This document shows, piece after piece, positions 1 through 12,629 of a stretch of 64,000 nt of DNA. This DNA is from Podarcis liolepis. Lineage: Eukaryota. Made by a program: the position numbers and the translations under genes. Numbering within the stretch: the first letter of the stretch is position 1; each line of letters opens with the position of its first letter. The notes under the pieces are model-generated. The model did not search any database. It was not told the origin of the DNA and saw only the letters and a program-made list of their open reading frames with translations. The DNA lies in assembly GCA_965112155.1 (NCBI GenBank), contig OZ218098.1; one strand, 5' to 3'.

Positions 1-3000
1 GTGCTTCAAATGACATCTAGTGGGTACAAATCAATTGAGTGTTTTCTAAATCTTTGATAAAAACGACAGAGGACGTTTGCTGGCTATGGTATGATGTAAT
101 GAATACAAATTAAAACTATAGATTCTAAAAGGGTTTTAATCAGAGTTGTCACTTGCTTAGACAGTATTGATGGCACTGTTGTAAACAGTGTACCTTACAA
201 TTTCATAGTTTGCTCAGTCATTTCTGATGGCCATGGAAACTGATGTGGAGACTTAGATCCTGGGCTCATAAGGACCAGTCTCATGTACCACCCAGACTCA
301 TTGCTACTGCAGGAGTGTTGTCAACTACTATCCCCACCACACAAACACACAATCACTTCTGGGTACAGGTGGAATAACTGACAATTCCATATTTTTTTTT
401 GCCATTCTCTTTGACCTTACTCTTTTGCAATTCTGAATCTAATTTTGTGGCTCCAGTTATGTCCTGCCCAACTAGTGAACAACCATGCCAAGCACATCTA
501 CCAGCCATACTACTTTCCTTATTAGGTATTTGACATGCTTCCTTTCCTTACAATCAGAGAAGTCAATTAAAACATGACACTTATAATGTTCTTTGTAGAC
601 AAACGCACATGGCTGATAGGCTGTGCTTCATTTTGTGCACAGGCCTGGGGTGTAAGCACAAAAGGTCAGCAGGATTAGGCAGCTGCTGGGGTCCAGGTCT
701 ATTAAGGGACCCACCAACTGAAAGTCAGTGCCACCATATTAACTTTCAGGACCTATGATCTGGTCAGGCTTTGCTCCAAAGAACCATCTTGACCATATAG
801 GAAGTTTAAGATATTCTCTTTGCATACACTTCAACCATTGTGATTTGAGTGGGACATCCTGGAATTTAAGAAGCCATACTAGTTTCTGACTGACTCCCTG
901 AATGTCCTGCTTTTTTGGTCCAGCGCTCTGGCTTAAGTCAGCTGGCTCCTGTGAGAGCTCAGGACTGAAAAAAGAAGCATCCAAATTTTGATCAGCACGA
1001 TGTTGGAGGGTATGTCTTTGTGGTCTCAGACATCCTCTGGCCCTAACCACCTTGACCTCTGAGACCATTGGCCCTTCCTAGGTCATGTTGCTCTGAGGGC
1101 CTTCCAAAAACTAAAGCCGGCCCTGAGGCCTGTTATAGATATATTGACATGCTCATCAATGGCAGAGGTGGATGATTCCTCTATACTTGCATCAGAGAAG
1201 CTGCAGTGGCTTAAGAAAACTAGGCAGTGTGTTAAGCCTCAGTCTCTCATCCTTATAACATGAGCATCTCATAACTAGATGTCACAGAACCAGGGCATGC
1301 AAAATGCCAATCTTATTAACTTTAAGTTCCTTTGACCTAAATTTATGGTGTCTGGTGTGTTTGCTTATTACAACATGCACCCATTCTTGTTGGGACTCTA
1401 ATATAATTTATTCTTACTAGATACCTCCTCCTTTCCGTTATCTAAAACTGGGGGGATTTTCTCTTTCTTTTGGTTCAAGAAAGTTAAGTTTCCTTTGTGC
1501 TACAAGGGGAAAGGAGAATAGCTCTGGTGGAATTAATAACCAGCATGATCTTTAATTACAAGACATGTGCGGCAGACGCCTGGAGATAGCTACAATTACC
1601 AATCTGACAAAAATAGTCATGTTGCACTTCAGACAGACAAGCTACTGTTTCACTTCTACATGCACCGAATGGTCACCTCAAGGCAGCTGTCAGGATGTGT
1701 AAGTCACAGCACCGGTTTATGCGCCATTTAAAAAAGAGGAGTCGGGGCAGAGTGCGTCTCGTGCACACCACCTCATTGATTTAAGGAGAGGGCTTTACTG
1801 AAAAGCAATACTGTTGAGAGGACACATGGAATTCATAATTTCATCTCCTCAATTACTGCCTGGGGCAGGGTAGCAGGGAGGCTACGAACATAATGCCGGA
1901 TTCACTTCCTGCCTGGGAAATGTTGTTAACAACACAAGACAGAAAACACAGCCCTTCTCTTTCAGGAAAAGACAGGCCTCTAAGAGAAGGGGAAAGACCT
2001 TCGCCTCAGGCTCCTTCTTTTCATTTAAACCATCCTCACACATCAACTCTCTCTCTGTTCTTCAAGCTGGTCCCCTTGCCCGAGCCTCATCCATCATGTG
2101 TTTACCCAGGCAAGAAACTCTTCAAACAAGCATTCCATCAAGATTGCTACTTGCGCTCCGTTCAGTCTCAAGTCCTGTGACCAAAAATCAGATGCTACCA
2201 AAGCCCAAAGGCCTGATTTGTTTCAAACAAGTAAAACAGTTTAGCTGAAATCAGCCTTGGTTCATGCCCCATAAACAGGATGCAAGGCTTTGGGGACTAT
2301 CAAGAAGGAAATGAAACGGGGCAAGTGGTGTGAAGAAGCTGCAGAGGTCATGACCTTTTGGCTTATTGGGGAGGGCTGGATGGAATCTGCTACGGATTGA
2401 ATCAGGAACCATTATAGATACTCTGAATCTCCATTATAAATCTCTGGCAGAAGGGCCTTCTCTATAAATGGAAACCAGTTAACAACAGATTAACAGTTCT
2501 AGATTTTCTGCAGAAAGACCTGTGAATTATAGTTATGTGCGGCTAGTGCTTTGTATCCAGACTCATTTACAGAACTATAACCCCCAGGGTTCCTTGACTG
2601 AAAGACATGAATTTTGCAACTTGCTCAGTCCACAGATCAATTGCCCTGCTCAATTGTTCAAGACAAACACTAAAAAATAAATGAATGAACTTTTCTTTAA
2701 AAAAAGAAGAGTTCAGCTTTAACAGTTGAGCAACCCAATTCCCTCCCCTGTCTGCAAGCCCCTCTGCCTCTTCCCCTGAAATGTTTTCTTTCAACTCTGA
2801 TAATGCCTCTTGCCTGTCTGGATGGAGGATACAGAGGGGTGTGTAAGTGTGTGTAGAAGCTGACCTATTATTCCAAAGGTGAAATGGACATTTGTTGCCC
2901 TCACACTTTTGCCTTTAGCCCTGCATAGTACTAGCATGTGCCCACCCAGAAGGTCCCCTATAAAGGAATGCAGAAGTCAGGCTGATAAAGGTTCTCCACT

Positions 3001-4179
3001 ACATGCTTAGGGCTTGAAATGAACCAACAAGCGATGTTCAGGCACTGGCAAAAATACATTCCACATAGCTGCTCCTATTCCATAAATTCTCGCAGCTGTG
3101 TTTTACGCTAGTCCAATTTCTGAGAGGTCTTCAGTAGAGATATGCCCTACCCAAATCTTCATCCCTCCTTGCATCCCAGCAACCTGATTGCAGAGGGGAT
3201 AAAATTGAGGGAGTGAAGAATGGGGGTGTGGACAGGTCAGGGATCCAAAGAGACATCCCTCTGGCAAATGGGTTCTGGTTACGTGTGAGCTGCAGATACC
3301 TATAGCATTGCAGGAGGTTGTAAGACTTGTGGCATTTTGCTGTCCAATTTTGTTACATACAGGAACTTTGGCAAGTGCTGAGCTATGCTCACACATCAGG
3401 AAGGAAGCTAGTCCTTAAGAAGAGGTGACAAAACTTATCCCCAGAGGAAGGCTTTGCTTTTTATTCACTCTCCGCTCAGCTCCTGGGGCTGTCAGTCACT
3501 GCTGCAGGCTGTAAAAGTTACACCGGTTGCCTGATTCTCCCAAGGAAAACAGCAACTTTCTGTGCAGAGACAGAGATGCCATTGCCATGTGCCTCACTAC
3601 CAAGGGTAAATCCCTAGTGGCCCTCTCCCTCTCCACCAACTTATTTAAAACCTGCAGAGCATGAAGCAAAGAGCAAAAGACTTGGTCCCTGGGTTCATTT
3701 GCAATTCAGAAAGCACAATCCACTGAGGCAGCTTTGGAAATTAAAAGGAGACTGATAAACTCCGTTGGTCTTGCAAGGATGAGAGGTTTGTGTATGTATG
3801 GTTTTTTCCCCCCAGAAGTGCCCTAGTGTAGAAATGAGCAGGGGTTTTTTAAAAAAAATATCTGGCACCTGCAGAAATGGGAATTGGGGACAGCCAGTGT
3901 CATGGGCAGGGATCCTTTGAGAAAGGAAGTGACTTTTGCAGAGAAAAATAAAACACCCCAGGCCATGAGTTGAAAAGGAAAGATTTATGCCTTCCTCCCC
4001 TGTGGCCATAACTTCCTTTCCTTCCTTCCTGCTGACAATGCTTCTTGAATACCCTAAGAGAAAAGGAGGTTAAAAAAAAAGTGCATTCAATGTTAAAAGC
4101 AGCATAAAACTGCCTATGGGGATTTGGCATAGGGGGAAAATGAAGGATGCCTGGAGAGAAGACTTAAGAAAGCCCAGAA

Positions 4180-4182
<3 letters not shown>

Positions 4183-4216
<34 letters not shown>
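4183..4216. repeat. (TG)n microsatellite
   Basis: About 17 TG units read directly. Confidence 0.95.
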
Positions 4217-4217
<1 letters not shown>

Positions 4218-4297
4218 ACTTGAAGCCCAAGCTAGATTCTGATTTCTTTACCTGAACCTCACCCATCACCCCAATACTGTACAACATTCCTGGCCAT

Positions 4298-4625
4298 CAT
4301 AGGAGCCAATGCCTAGGGGCCAAGGCCCCTTTGCCCCCCATAAAATATTTGAGGGGGCCTCCACCACCCCCAAGTTGATGGGCATTGCCATTCAAATGGT
4401 CTGCGTGTGCCACGACTTGTGATCATGGGCATAGCCAGGATTTTTGTTAGGGGGCAGTAGGCCTTTTGTTAGGTGAGGCAGGCAGAACCTCAGTTAGCTA
4501 TGTATTTTTATTGATTTTTTGGGGGGGCAGCTGACCCCCCCCCCCCGGCGATGCCCATGCTTGTGATCGATTATGCAGGCTGGGGGTTACCTGCCCCTCA
4601 TATTTTATTCAAGTTGACACCTCTG
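4298..4625. mobile_element. Non-autonomous hAT-type MITE (outer element, carrying a nested MITE)
   Basis: Imperfect TIRs CATAGGAGCCAA / TTGACACCTCTG; perfect 8-bp TSD CTGGCCAT at 4290-4297 and 4626-4633. Confidence 0.85.
4424..4559. mobile_element. Non-autonomous hAT-type MITE nested in the previous element
   Basis: TIRs CATGGGCATAGCC / GGCGATGCCCATG; perfect 8-bp TSD CTTGTGAT at 4416-4423 and 4560-4567. Confidence 0.9.
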
Positions 4626-4897
4626 CTGGCCATGTTGATGGCATAACCCTTGCTGATTCTACCAACCATGTCACCCTATCAATTTCAAAAGGAGACTGAA
4701 GGATGTTGGAGAAGCCTGTAGAAAAGGAATAATTAGGAATGAAACATTATCATCACCCTCAGCGATTCTCCATTTGTCTTGGGTGTACCATCTAGAGAGC
4801 AGTGATTAAACTCCTAAATCATCAGAGAATCTCAGGAGCCAAGATGGCCTTGCTAAAGCATGAGCCATTCAGAGAGGAGACCCATATTAGCTGCATA

Positions 4898-5105
4898 CAG
4901 TGGTACCTCGAGTTACAAACGCCTCAGGTTACAAATGCTTCATGTTACAAACTCCACTAATCTGGAAGAGTAACCTCAAGTTGAGAACTTTGCCCCAGGA
5001 TGAGAACAGAAATCATGTGCCAGCGGCACGCCTCCAGTTAAGAACAGTTTGAGGTTAAGAATGGACCTCTGGAACAAATTAGGTTCGTGACTAGAGGTAC
5101 CGCTG
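4898..5105. mobile_element. Tc1/mariner-pogo (Tigger-like) MITE, family A
   Basis: TA-CAGTGGTACCTC...GAGGTACCGCTG ends; internal sequence homologous to 39804-40031. Confidence 0.85.
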
Positions 5106-5199
5106 CACTTTTAAGCAGTAGCATGGAAGTTGCAATCACCAAAGGGGCAAGTTGCATGAGCTGAACTGGAGCTTACCAATCACATGCTGATCAACTGAC

Positions 5200-5315
5200 A
5201 GGAACATAAAAAGCTACATTGTCTATTTACACTGACAGACAGCAGCTCTCCAGGGTCTCAGACAGGGGCCCCTACTAGCCTTAGCTGAAGATTCCAGGAA
5301 TTGAACGTCAGACCC
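5200..5315 (-). mobile_element. Degenerate tRNA-derived SINE fragment (Squam3-like)
   Basis: CAGCAGCTCTCCAGGGTCTCAGACAGGGG...CCAGGAATTGAAC resembles the reverse complement of the Squam3 body and B-box. Confidence 0.55.
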
Positions 5316-5453
5316 AAAGGTCTGGACTATAGACCTTCTCACTGTTAGAACAATACAAGAATAAAGAATCAGTCCTGCATTTAGGATCTAGTCCTGCACC
5401 CTCTTTTCAGCCATGTTCTTTCATGGCCAGTGTATGCTGTCTGTTGTTTAGTA

Positions 5454-5782
5454 CAGTGGTGCCTCACAAGACGAAAAGAATCCGTTCTGTGATTCTCTTC
5501 GTCTAGCGGTTTTTTCGTTTTGTGAAGCAAGCCCATTGAAGGATTAGCGGATTAGCGCTCTTAGCGGCTTTTAGCGGCTTATCTGCTGATCGGATCAGCT
5601 GATAAGCGGCTTAGCGGCTTAGAAAAAAAGGGGGGGGGAACCAGCAGGAACTCGCAAGACATTGTTGTCTTGCGAAGCAAGCCCATAGGAAATTCGTTTT
5701 GCGAAGCACCTCCAAAACGGAAAACTCTTTCGTCTAGCGAGTTTTCCGTCTTGCGAGGCATTCGTCTTGCGGTGCACCACTG
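5454..5782. mobile_element. Tigger-like MITE, family B, with internal TTAGCGG repeats
   Basis: TA-CAGTGGTGCCTCACAAGACGAA...TTCGTCTTGCGGTGCACCACTG-TA terminal inverted repeats and TA TSD. Confidence 0.9.
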
Positions 5783-5784
5783 TA

Positions 5785-6018
5785 CAGTGAAACCTTGGTT
5801 CTTGAACTTAATCCGTTCCAGAACTGTTCAACACCCGAAGCTGTTCAAAAACCAAGGTGTGGCTTCCGATTGGCTGCAAGAGCTTCCTGTTGGAAGCCGC
5901 ATTGGGCATTTGGCTTCTGAAAAAATGCTCAAAAACTGGAACATTTACTTCCAGGTTTTCGGCCTTCGGGAGCCGATTTGTTCATCAACTAAGCTGTTCA
6001 AGAAACAAGGTTGCATTG
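5785..6018. mobile_element. Tigger-like MITE, family C
   Basis: TA-CAGTGAAACCTTGGTT...AACAAGGTTGCATTG-TA; homologous to 13190-13430. Confidence 0.85.
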
Positions 6019-8011
6019 TATTAATTTATATAGCACAACCAGTGTACATAGCACTTTACACAAGTGCAAGAGGAGAAGGCCCTGCCCTGAAGATCTAAAA
6101 TTCAACACAGGACAAGCTACAAAAGACGGGGAATGAACTGGAGACAAGAGTAAATAGGGAAGCAACACGTGATTCTGTTTGTAACACACACTTAAACTTA
6201 GTTATCAACTGGATTACAAGAGGGCATGGGAACTAGATGTTGCTTCTGCACAGTACATAAGCAAGGCACACAGGCAACCACCCCCCTTGCATTGTTTTTT
6301 CTCTAGCATCTGGTATTCATTTCAGAGGCATACCGCCTCTAAATGCAGCAGTTCCATTAAACCATTTAACCATCTTGCTATTGGCCTTTATTAGGTTTTT
6401 GGCTACATGTCATGAGCTGGTAACAGATGGCCTAAGGCTGCATGATACTTTGAGGGGTGTGTGTGTGTTTTATGAAGCCTGCAAACTCCTGCTAGCATTC
6501 TGAGAATCATTTCCAAGGAGTAGCGTCCCTTTTTCATACTTTGAGAACAAACTGATATAAATGATGCATTCAAAAGTTTTCATAGTGGTATTATGACATC
6601 CAGAAGGCAAAGGGGGTAGGCTTCCTGTATTTCTTCAGTTTTCAGATCTAATGATGCTGAAACCAGAAAGGAGGAGAATTTCATTCAGCCTTCATTTGTA
6701 AGCCAACTGACTTAATTCAAACCTCCTGGATTGGAATTAATAATCTTCCAGATTTTGCACTTCTCCAAAGTTCTCAGCTCAGAAAATAAAACCAAATTTC
6801 ATTTTAAAAGTATGTATTTTGTATGACCAAAAATATGTTTATATATGTGTACAGTGATATAGAAATGACATTTTAGTATTTTTAATATATTAATATGGAA
6901 ACAGACAATAAACAGGCAATAAGCATATGCCAAATTATCAAGAACCAGAAATTGACTGATCTAATCTAAGTCAAAGCCATGAGTTTAAATGATTAAAATA
7001 GAATCCTGAACTCACTTAATAGGGAGTAAACTTCAACAAACTCAACAAGACTTACTTCTGATTAAGGATACAGAGGAACATTTATTTATATCATTTGTAT
7101 CCAAAACCTTTCCGGGGGGGGGGATCTTTCTCTTTCTCCCCACTCTTCACATTTTTTTCTTGAAGATTGCATTGTTCCCATCCTCACAATGAATGGTCAA
7201 TAAAGAAATCTTTGGCATAGCTCTAGCTAAAGTAGCAAGCACCACTGCAAGAACTTCCAAGTTCAGAAGCCATGCAGGAAGAAGAAACATATATACAGAA
7301 AAGAGACCTTGGCATTGCAGTTCACACTGTTTCACATTACCTTGCTTAACTACATCTCTGCCCTCATCAGTGTGTATGCATTAAATGTGAGGCTCCCCAT
7401 CAGAACCCAGCTGGGATATCATAATTTATCAGTCTCAAGACGATCCACACTGAGACTCCCATGTGCAAGTTACTGATAAGCTCAACAACATATTTTGACT
7501 TCTTAGAACTAAAAAAAACAGTCTTCCTTGGAATGATCTTTTCTGTATATTGTTAAAGTAAGGAGAGTGAAGGGCAGTGGTGCCAGTAATGTAGTGCAAA
7601 AAGTTGAAAGTACTACAATTCTCAGCAGAGTTTTTCGGTTTCATTTAGAGACATCCCCAAAACATTTGTTGGAGAATAAAGTTATGCAAGAGGCTGACTC
7701 TTTCTAGAGATTATTCAAAGCACACTGGCTTTTCTGGTTGTCCACATGCCTTCATCCACCAAACAGGTAGCTGATGCTTCAAAAATACAGTCTTGGTTAG
7801 ATATGGATTTCATGATGGAAGTTATAGTGGTGTCTTTACAGTACAAATAAAACGCTACCCAGTGGAGCTGATGGGAGTTTCTGCCCAAAGCATCTGGAAG
7901 GCAACAGTCTAGGGAATGCTAGGAAATAGCCCATTCAGACATTTGGTGTCTGGGTTAAAATAATATTGCATGTGTGTGTGGGGGGGGGGGGTGAGAGTGA
8001 ATGCGAAGAAG

Positions 8012-8377
8012 CCAGCAGCATAGTGGCTACTGAGAGGGACGGGGGCCCTGGGCACAAAATTCTGAGAGGTGCACAACCAGACACCCCCACAACAGGCTCC
8101 CTCAACATGGCTGAGCTCCTGCTGCCTTCCAGAGCTGCAGGGAGGCAATCCGTGTCCAGCCCAGGCCTTCAGGGCTGGGGCAGTGCCCCCTTCCTCTGTG
8201 TGGCCAGTGAAGTGACGTCTCTATGTGCCCTGCCCCTTGGTTGGCAGACACCTTTAGGCCAGCTCTCCTTTCCCTCTGTGCAGGCTCTACAACACCCCAA
8301 GCCTCCCCCCTAGCTGTCCAATCCACCAGGGGGGCTCAACACTTGCCCTGGGCACCATCAACCCACGCTATATCACT
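8012..8377. mobile_element. Probable GC-rich hAT-type non-autonomous element
   Basis: CAG...CTG termini with imperfect inverted similarity (CAGCAGCATAGTGG / CCACGCTATATCACTG); GC-rich island; TSD not clean. Confidence 0.45.
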
Positions 8378-9109
8378 GAGACAAGCATGCTAGCTCTGCC
8401 CTTCCCATTGCTGTCCCTGCTTCTCTCCACAAGTTTCATTTTAGTCATATCTTCTCCTTCACATGCAAGTTTTCCAGGGGTAGCATGACATGCTGCGGGG
8501 TTTAAAAGAGAAGGTGCAGACAGAGGCAAGGAATGAGCTGTATTTGATTACGCTCAGTTTTTGACATGCTGCAGTCTGAATCAAACTGAGCATACCTGGC
8601 AACCTTCTATTTTACAGCCTAGTCAATTAGGAATGTTTAGTTATTAATTATCCTCCCTCGGTGCAAAGGGGTTTGATGAGATGACTTTTGTGGTACTACA
8701 AATTATGATGAACTAAATGGTTTAAAGCACGAGGGTTTTGTTTATTTATTTATGAAGTCACCATCCTTTGGCACGAGAAAGAACCTGTTGCCCCAAGACA
8801 GATTGTCTAAGCTGGTGAAGGGCTCAGAGCTGCAAACATTTAGAATGTCTGTGCATGTTGACCCACCTCCAGGATTCAATTTGGGCCCAATCTGGCACTT
8901 TGGAATCACCCTGACTTGGGATGATTCAAGGCTGACCCAGTCCAGATCTAGGCCCCAAACTGATTTGCGGGCCTTGCACAGTCTCTTTCTTCCTCTCCTC
9001 ACCATCAGACTCCCCCCCCCCCCCTTGACAATTCCAGGTCACTATGACCGGGTCTGATCTGACTTGTGGCAATCCAAGACTGCCCCATCCTGTTGAACAC
9101 CAAGAAGTG

Positions 9110-9268
9110 TTCAACAGGAAAATGGACTCCATCAGAAGGTGGTGGACTCTCCTTTGGAGGAGAGGGTGGATCGCCACCTGCCGTCGATGCTTTAGTTGAG
9201 ATTCCTGCATTGTAAGGAGTTGGACTAGATGACCCTCAGGGTTCCTTCTAACCCCCAAATTCTATGCA
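9110..9268 (+). mobile_element. CR1 LINE 3' end fragment
   Basis: GTGGTGGACTCTCCTTTGGAGG...TTGGACTAGATGACCCTCAGGGTTCCTTCTAACCCCCAAATTCTATG is the typical CR1 3' hairpin plus ATTCTRTG tail. Confidence 0.75.
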
Positions 9269-10924
9269 TTTATTTCTTCCCTGCAGTTATATCGGTCTCC
9301 AATCTACAGTATATAAGTCTGACAACATTTTCCCTGAAGACACAGCTAATGAGCACAAAGGCAGTCACTGTGACATTCAAGTGTTATACCACAGTTTCAC
9401 AACAGTTGACAAGTGGGTCTGCAAAAGTGAAATAGTCGGGGGGGGGGAAGGAGTGTGTATGTGTTAAAATGGGCGTTGCATTTGCAAAACACATCAGAGT
9501 TGCATAGGCAGATTTAGACAGAACTTTATATATTTTTCTGAAATATCTTCTCTACCAAACCACCATAGCACAGTATAGATGCCTTAAGTTCTCATGCAAC
9601 ACTGTGTGCTTGATGCTTAATGAAAAGAAAAGCAGAGAAGGAAAAGAAAGAAGCACAAATACCTCTTTCCTCCTCCTTTAGTCCTGCCCGTGAACCGGAA
9701 GAAAACATGTTCTAAGATTTCACATAAGCTAGATATGGGCATGACGAATATCTATGAATAGATATGTCAGTACTTCGACACACATCCTGCCAGGGAGGAC
9801 CCATGCAGTTTGCATAGTAGGAAGAACAGAGACCTCCACCACTTACTACCTTGGTCTCTCTCTCCCTTCTGTGTATTCCTCTCTGTTGGTGATAGACTGT
9901 AAGTTCCTCGGGGCAGAGTCTTGTTTGTGAAACTTTACATGCAGCTCTGAACAGTTCCATATGAACTGCTTGTGCAGCAGCAGCAGCAGCAGCAGCAATA
10001 ATACATTAAACAATGATTATGTTTTAATTATTACAGACATTCATAATTCAATTCTTAATGGCAGTAATATTATTAAACTGGTTTCAACTGAAGCATTCCC
10101 ATATTGGTGATATGATCTCCAGCTTAGAATCTGCTTCAGTGTCTCTGTTGGAAGTCTACAGCTAGTACTGTTTTGCTCTCAAAAGCTCACTCAGGACTGA
10201 CTAAACTCCATAGCAGAAACTGGTGTGCTTCTGTCTCCCTAACCGCCCACCTAAATCTCCCTGGACTAACTTTCTTCCTGCTATAACTTTTCTCCAAAGT
10301 GTAAGGAATTTGAGAAACAGGAAATACACCCCGCTTCCCTCTCCCCTTCATTTTTCTAACGTTCAGTTGCCTCACGCCTGTTTTGCTACAGTTAGTGAAA
10401 ACAAAAATGCATTGTGGCTAAATATAGTCTGACAGTTTGGGGCTTGGCTCTCATGTTACATAGACAGTTCCATTTCTGTATATTGAGTGAGGCAGTAATG
10501 TCCCAGAAAAGAGAAAGCGGGGAGTGGAGGAAGGATATTAAACAGCTAAAAACTTCTTTACTTTATTTTTTTTTAAATGAAATACGATTAATTCCTACTT
10601 GAAACAACACTTTCTTGGTAAGTGAACAGTAACGATTCAGAAGTTTAAATCTGGATTTTATCTTCTCCAAGGACTGTTATGTTTGGATTCCTGCCTCGAC
10701 TTCTCCACATTCTCTCTCTCCGCCGATTTCCCACAGCCACACTCACAAATGCAGGAAGGAAGGGAGTAAAGTTTCAAGGACACACTTTAGAAAGGCAGTC
10801 TCTTTGGATTCTGTAGATACAGATGTATCCATCTATATATAATAAAAACTTTGCAATAAACTTAAGCTAGGAGTTGTACAGTTTGCCATTATAGTACGGG
10901 GGGAGAGAAATATCGAGTACTCAC

Positions 10925-10958
10925 GCGGAGCAGATGTTGTACTGTTTTGAGAAGCCAT
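10925..10958 (-). CDS. Candidate first coding segment of an unidentified host gene (MASQNSTTSAP+1 nt; alternative ATG at 10969 gives MRKGWLLKTVQHLLR)
   Basis: Minus strand: ATG in strong Kozak context (AAAGGATGG) followed by donor CCGC|GTGAGT at 10924. Candidate acceptors lie upstream (CTGTTTCCTTTTCCAG at 11156, CTTTCTCTCCTGGTTTCTCCCAG at 11087), with a further donor GAAA|GTAAGA at 11349. The segment is CpG-containing and TE-free. Peptide not recognised. Confidence 0.35.
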
Positions 10959-11349
10959 CCTTTACGCATTCAAAACTGCCCCCCCTCTCTCCGCCTGTCT
11001 TTTTTTTAAAAAAAAAAATTTCTACTGACAGTCGGGCTTCCCTATCCGCAGTCCAAAGGCAGATGAAGCTGCAACAGCTGGCAGGACTGGGAGAAACCAG
11101 GAGAGAAAGCAGCTCTTGTTCCGGAGCTTCTTGTCTGGTTCTTGACCATTTACCACTGGAAAAGGAAACAGCACATGTGTCATTCAGTTTGGCCTCTCCA
11201 GCTCACAGGAGGAGGAGGGGAGGGGCACCAGTTTGCAGATAAGCACTAACTTTTTTTTTTTTTTTTTTTGCCTTTAGCCCTCCTATCCCTCAGCTAACTA
11301 GGACCTTTCCACCTCCAGCAAGCAACAAGTTGGGACAAAGGCATCTTAC

Positions 11350-11800
11350 TTTCAAATCGAGAGCCCAATGCATCTCATGCCAGCAATGTATAACGTAATA
11401 TAAGGTAAAAACAACAGTGAATTTTCAAGGGAGGAGGGTGGGAAATGGTTACGCTGCCAAAATTGCGCAGGGGAGAATTTAACAATAGGACTTTCATTTT
11501 CTCTCTTTGCTGTGGCAGCTTTTCTGACTCGCTGCACAGAGAACTCCCCCCAACCCCGGTCCCCTATGTTCAGCTTTGAGATATATGGTTGTGTCTGTTT
11601 GTTTCTGAGAGCTGAAGGCAGAGGGAACATAGCGTCAGCGATCAAAAAGCAGCGCAAATGAAGCTGCGTGCTTGGTCCACTTTGGCCTCTGGCTAAACAG
11701 GTTTTGCAGGTTTGGATGAAGTGTTTCCCAAACTGATGAAACTAATTTGTTCCGGGATAAAAGTGGGAGGAAAGAAATTGGTTGCATACACCGGTGGAAT
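11350..11800 (-). promoter_or_regulatory. Candidate 5'UTR exon / promoter region of the minus-strand gene
   Basis: Locally retained CpGs and no recognisable TE; ends at donor GTAAGA (11349). Inference only. Confidence 0.3.
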
Positions 11801-11999
11801 AAGAAACAGGAGCTATAAATTGCAAGGTCCCCAGTCCTAACCTCTCCTCTGCCATGAGATCATGATGTAACTTTAGGTCTTCTCGAGCACATCTTCTCAG
11901 ACTCAGCTTCCTCCTTGCCCTCTGTGTTATGTTAATGATAGTACTTGCCTATCTTGCAGGGCCGATGTAAGTCAGGGGCTGTCAACATGGTGTCTTCCG

Positions 12000-12137
12000 G
12001 CTCAGTCAGTAGAGAATGATGCGCTCAATCTCAGGGTTGTGGGTTTGAGCCCCACATTGGGCAAACGATTCCTGCATTGTAAGGGGTTGGACTGGATGAC
12101 CCTCAAGGTCCCTTCGAACTCTACAATTCTATGATAC
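12000..12137 (+). mobile_element. tRNA-derived SINE with CR1-type tail (Squam2/POM-SINE-like)
   Basis: A-box-like GCTCAGTCAGTAGAG, B-box-like GGTTTGAGCCC, then CR1 3' tail TTGGACTGGATGACCCTCAAGGTCCCTTCGAACTCTACAATTCTATGAT. Confidence 0.8.
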
Positions 12138-12629
12138 TTTGATTCTATATTTGTTTTGTTTTGTTTAAAAGCATTGCCTAACATTTTAAATATCTCTAAG
12201 TGGTATGCAATATAAAAACAAACAATAACATTAAACAAAAAATGCCTCATAAAACCAACAAAGCGGTAGTATAAAAGCATATAATAACCAGAATTCAGAG
12301 AATTCAAATACATAAAACAGGGTCTGGTATTATGGGTCAGGGAAAGTGTGGGCAGAAAGATAAGCCTTTATAAAGACATCTGAAGCAACTGGTGGTTGCT
12401 GTTTCACATACGACAAAGTTGAAAGGCATTCCATAGTACAGAAAAATGCCCATTTTGGAATTACTAACCTATCATATTCTGTAGGGTGTTGTACCACAAA
12501 TGGAATTTTCCCAGATAATCTAAGTGATCTTGCATATCTATACAAGGACAGGCCATTTTTCAGGTGACCTGGGCTTCAGTGGTTCAAGACCTTGAACGTG
12601 TCCTAGCAGCTGATCAGCAGCTTGACACC

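Noticed and set aside
5540-5620. Telomere-like or CRISPR-like repeat array
   Set aside because: The TTAGCGG units are internal to a MITE, are not TTAGGG, and have no repeat-spacer structure; the DNA is eukaryotic.
12000-12065. tRNA gene
   Set aside because: The cloverleaf is degenerate and fused to a CR1-type tail, so it is a SINE head. The same applies to the heads at 23235, 32285 and 48327.
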